A stretch of 63,764 nt of DNA, filler included, from Octopus bimaculoides (Eukaryota), in NCBI RefSeq assembly GCF_001194135.2. It is 5 parts of 5 records of this genome, joined end to end, with 100 filler letters (N's around TTAATTAATTAA, not from the genome) between each part and the next. Parts side by side here need not be neighbours in the genome. Positions count along the whole stretch, not along the records: positions 57,746 to 63,764 come from NC_068990.1; 4 more parts are not named here. One strand, 5' to 3'. Numbering within the stretch: position 1 is the first letter of the stretch; every line of letters begins with the position of its first letter. The notes below the pieces were generated by a model. The model had not been told where the DNA came from, ran no database searches, and saw only the letters and a program-made list of their open reading frames with translations. This document shows, piece after piece, positions 63,444 to 63,764 of the stretch. The position numbers and the translations under genes were made by a program.

Positions 63444-63764
63444 AGGGATCTTTTTGGTTTGACGGGCAACATTTTTCATTTATGTTTTATGTAGTGTTTT
63501 TGGTACCGAAACACTTTCAAACTTCGAATACTTGTATATTTTCTGTTATAGAACAGATAAAAATATTTGTATTCGAAGTTATTTCATGTACAAAATTGTC
63601 GTATTTCGGTAATTTCAACCAATCACTGACGTCTATTGAGGTGAAAACAATTACGCCGCGGAATGTAAACAACGGTGTCATAGAATCTTTTCCCTTGGAT
63701 AAAATTAGTGCCGTTGTTTGTCAACAACAACTATCCGTTGTCAACAACTATCAGCGGTATATAT
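63444..63764. mobile_element. Probable non-autonomous DNA transposon end (runs off window)
   Basis: Starts GAGGGATCTTTTTGGTTTGA and contains an internal hairpin aacttcgaatac...gtattcgaagtt (63520-63580). The other end is not in the window. Confidence 0.3.

Overview
AT-rich, microsatellite-saturated animal genomic DNA with many N-gaps. It is most likely a cephalopod (octopus-type) assembly; this is inferred from the tRNA-derived SINE families and repeat style and was not confirmed by search. The only host gene I can support is a SoxF-group (Sox7/17/18-like) transcription factor. Its first coding exon lies on the minus strand (48059->46256) and encodes about 565 aa of homopolymer-rich sequence followed by the first half of the HMG box, ending at a GTAAGT donor. 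I could not find the second HMG exon in the window. The rest is transposon-derived: three or more SINE families, a Penelope-like element with its 5' half inverted, Tx1/L1-like, R4/Dong-like and Gypsy remnants, a mariner left end, a TTAA piggyBac-type MITE and a fold-back element. The most unusual signal is a set of minimal type-I hammerhead ribozyme motifs of the Penelope type. Five are near-complete (12421-, 33014+, 33593-, 33826+, 45441+) and several more are decayed. Two related copies sit on opposite arms of a roughly 530-bp imperfect palindrome (33463-33991). Four artificial N44-TTAATTAATTAA-N44 linkers mark scaffolding joins, so linkage across them is uncertain.
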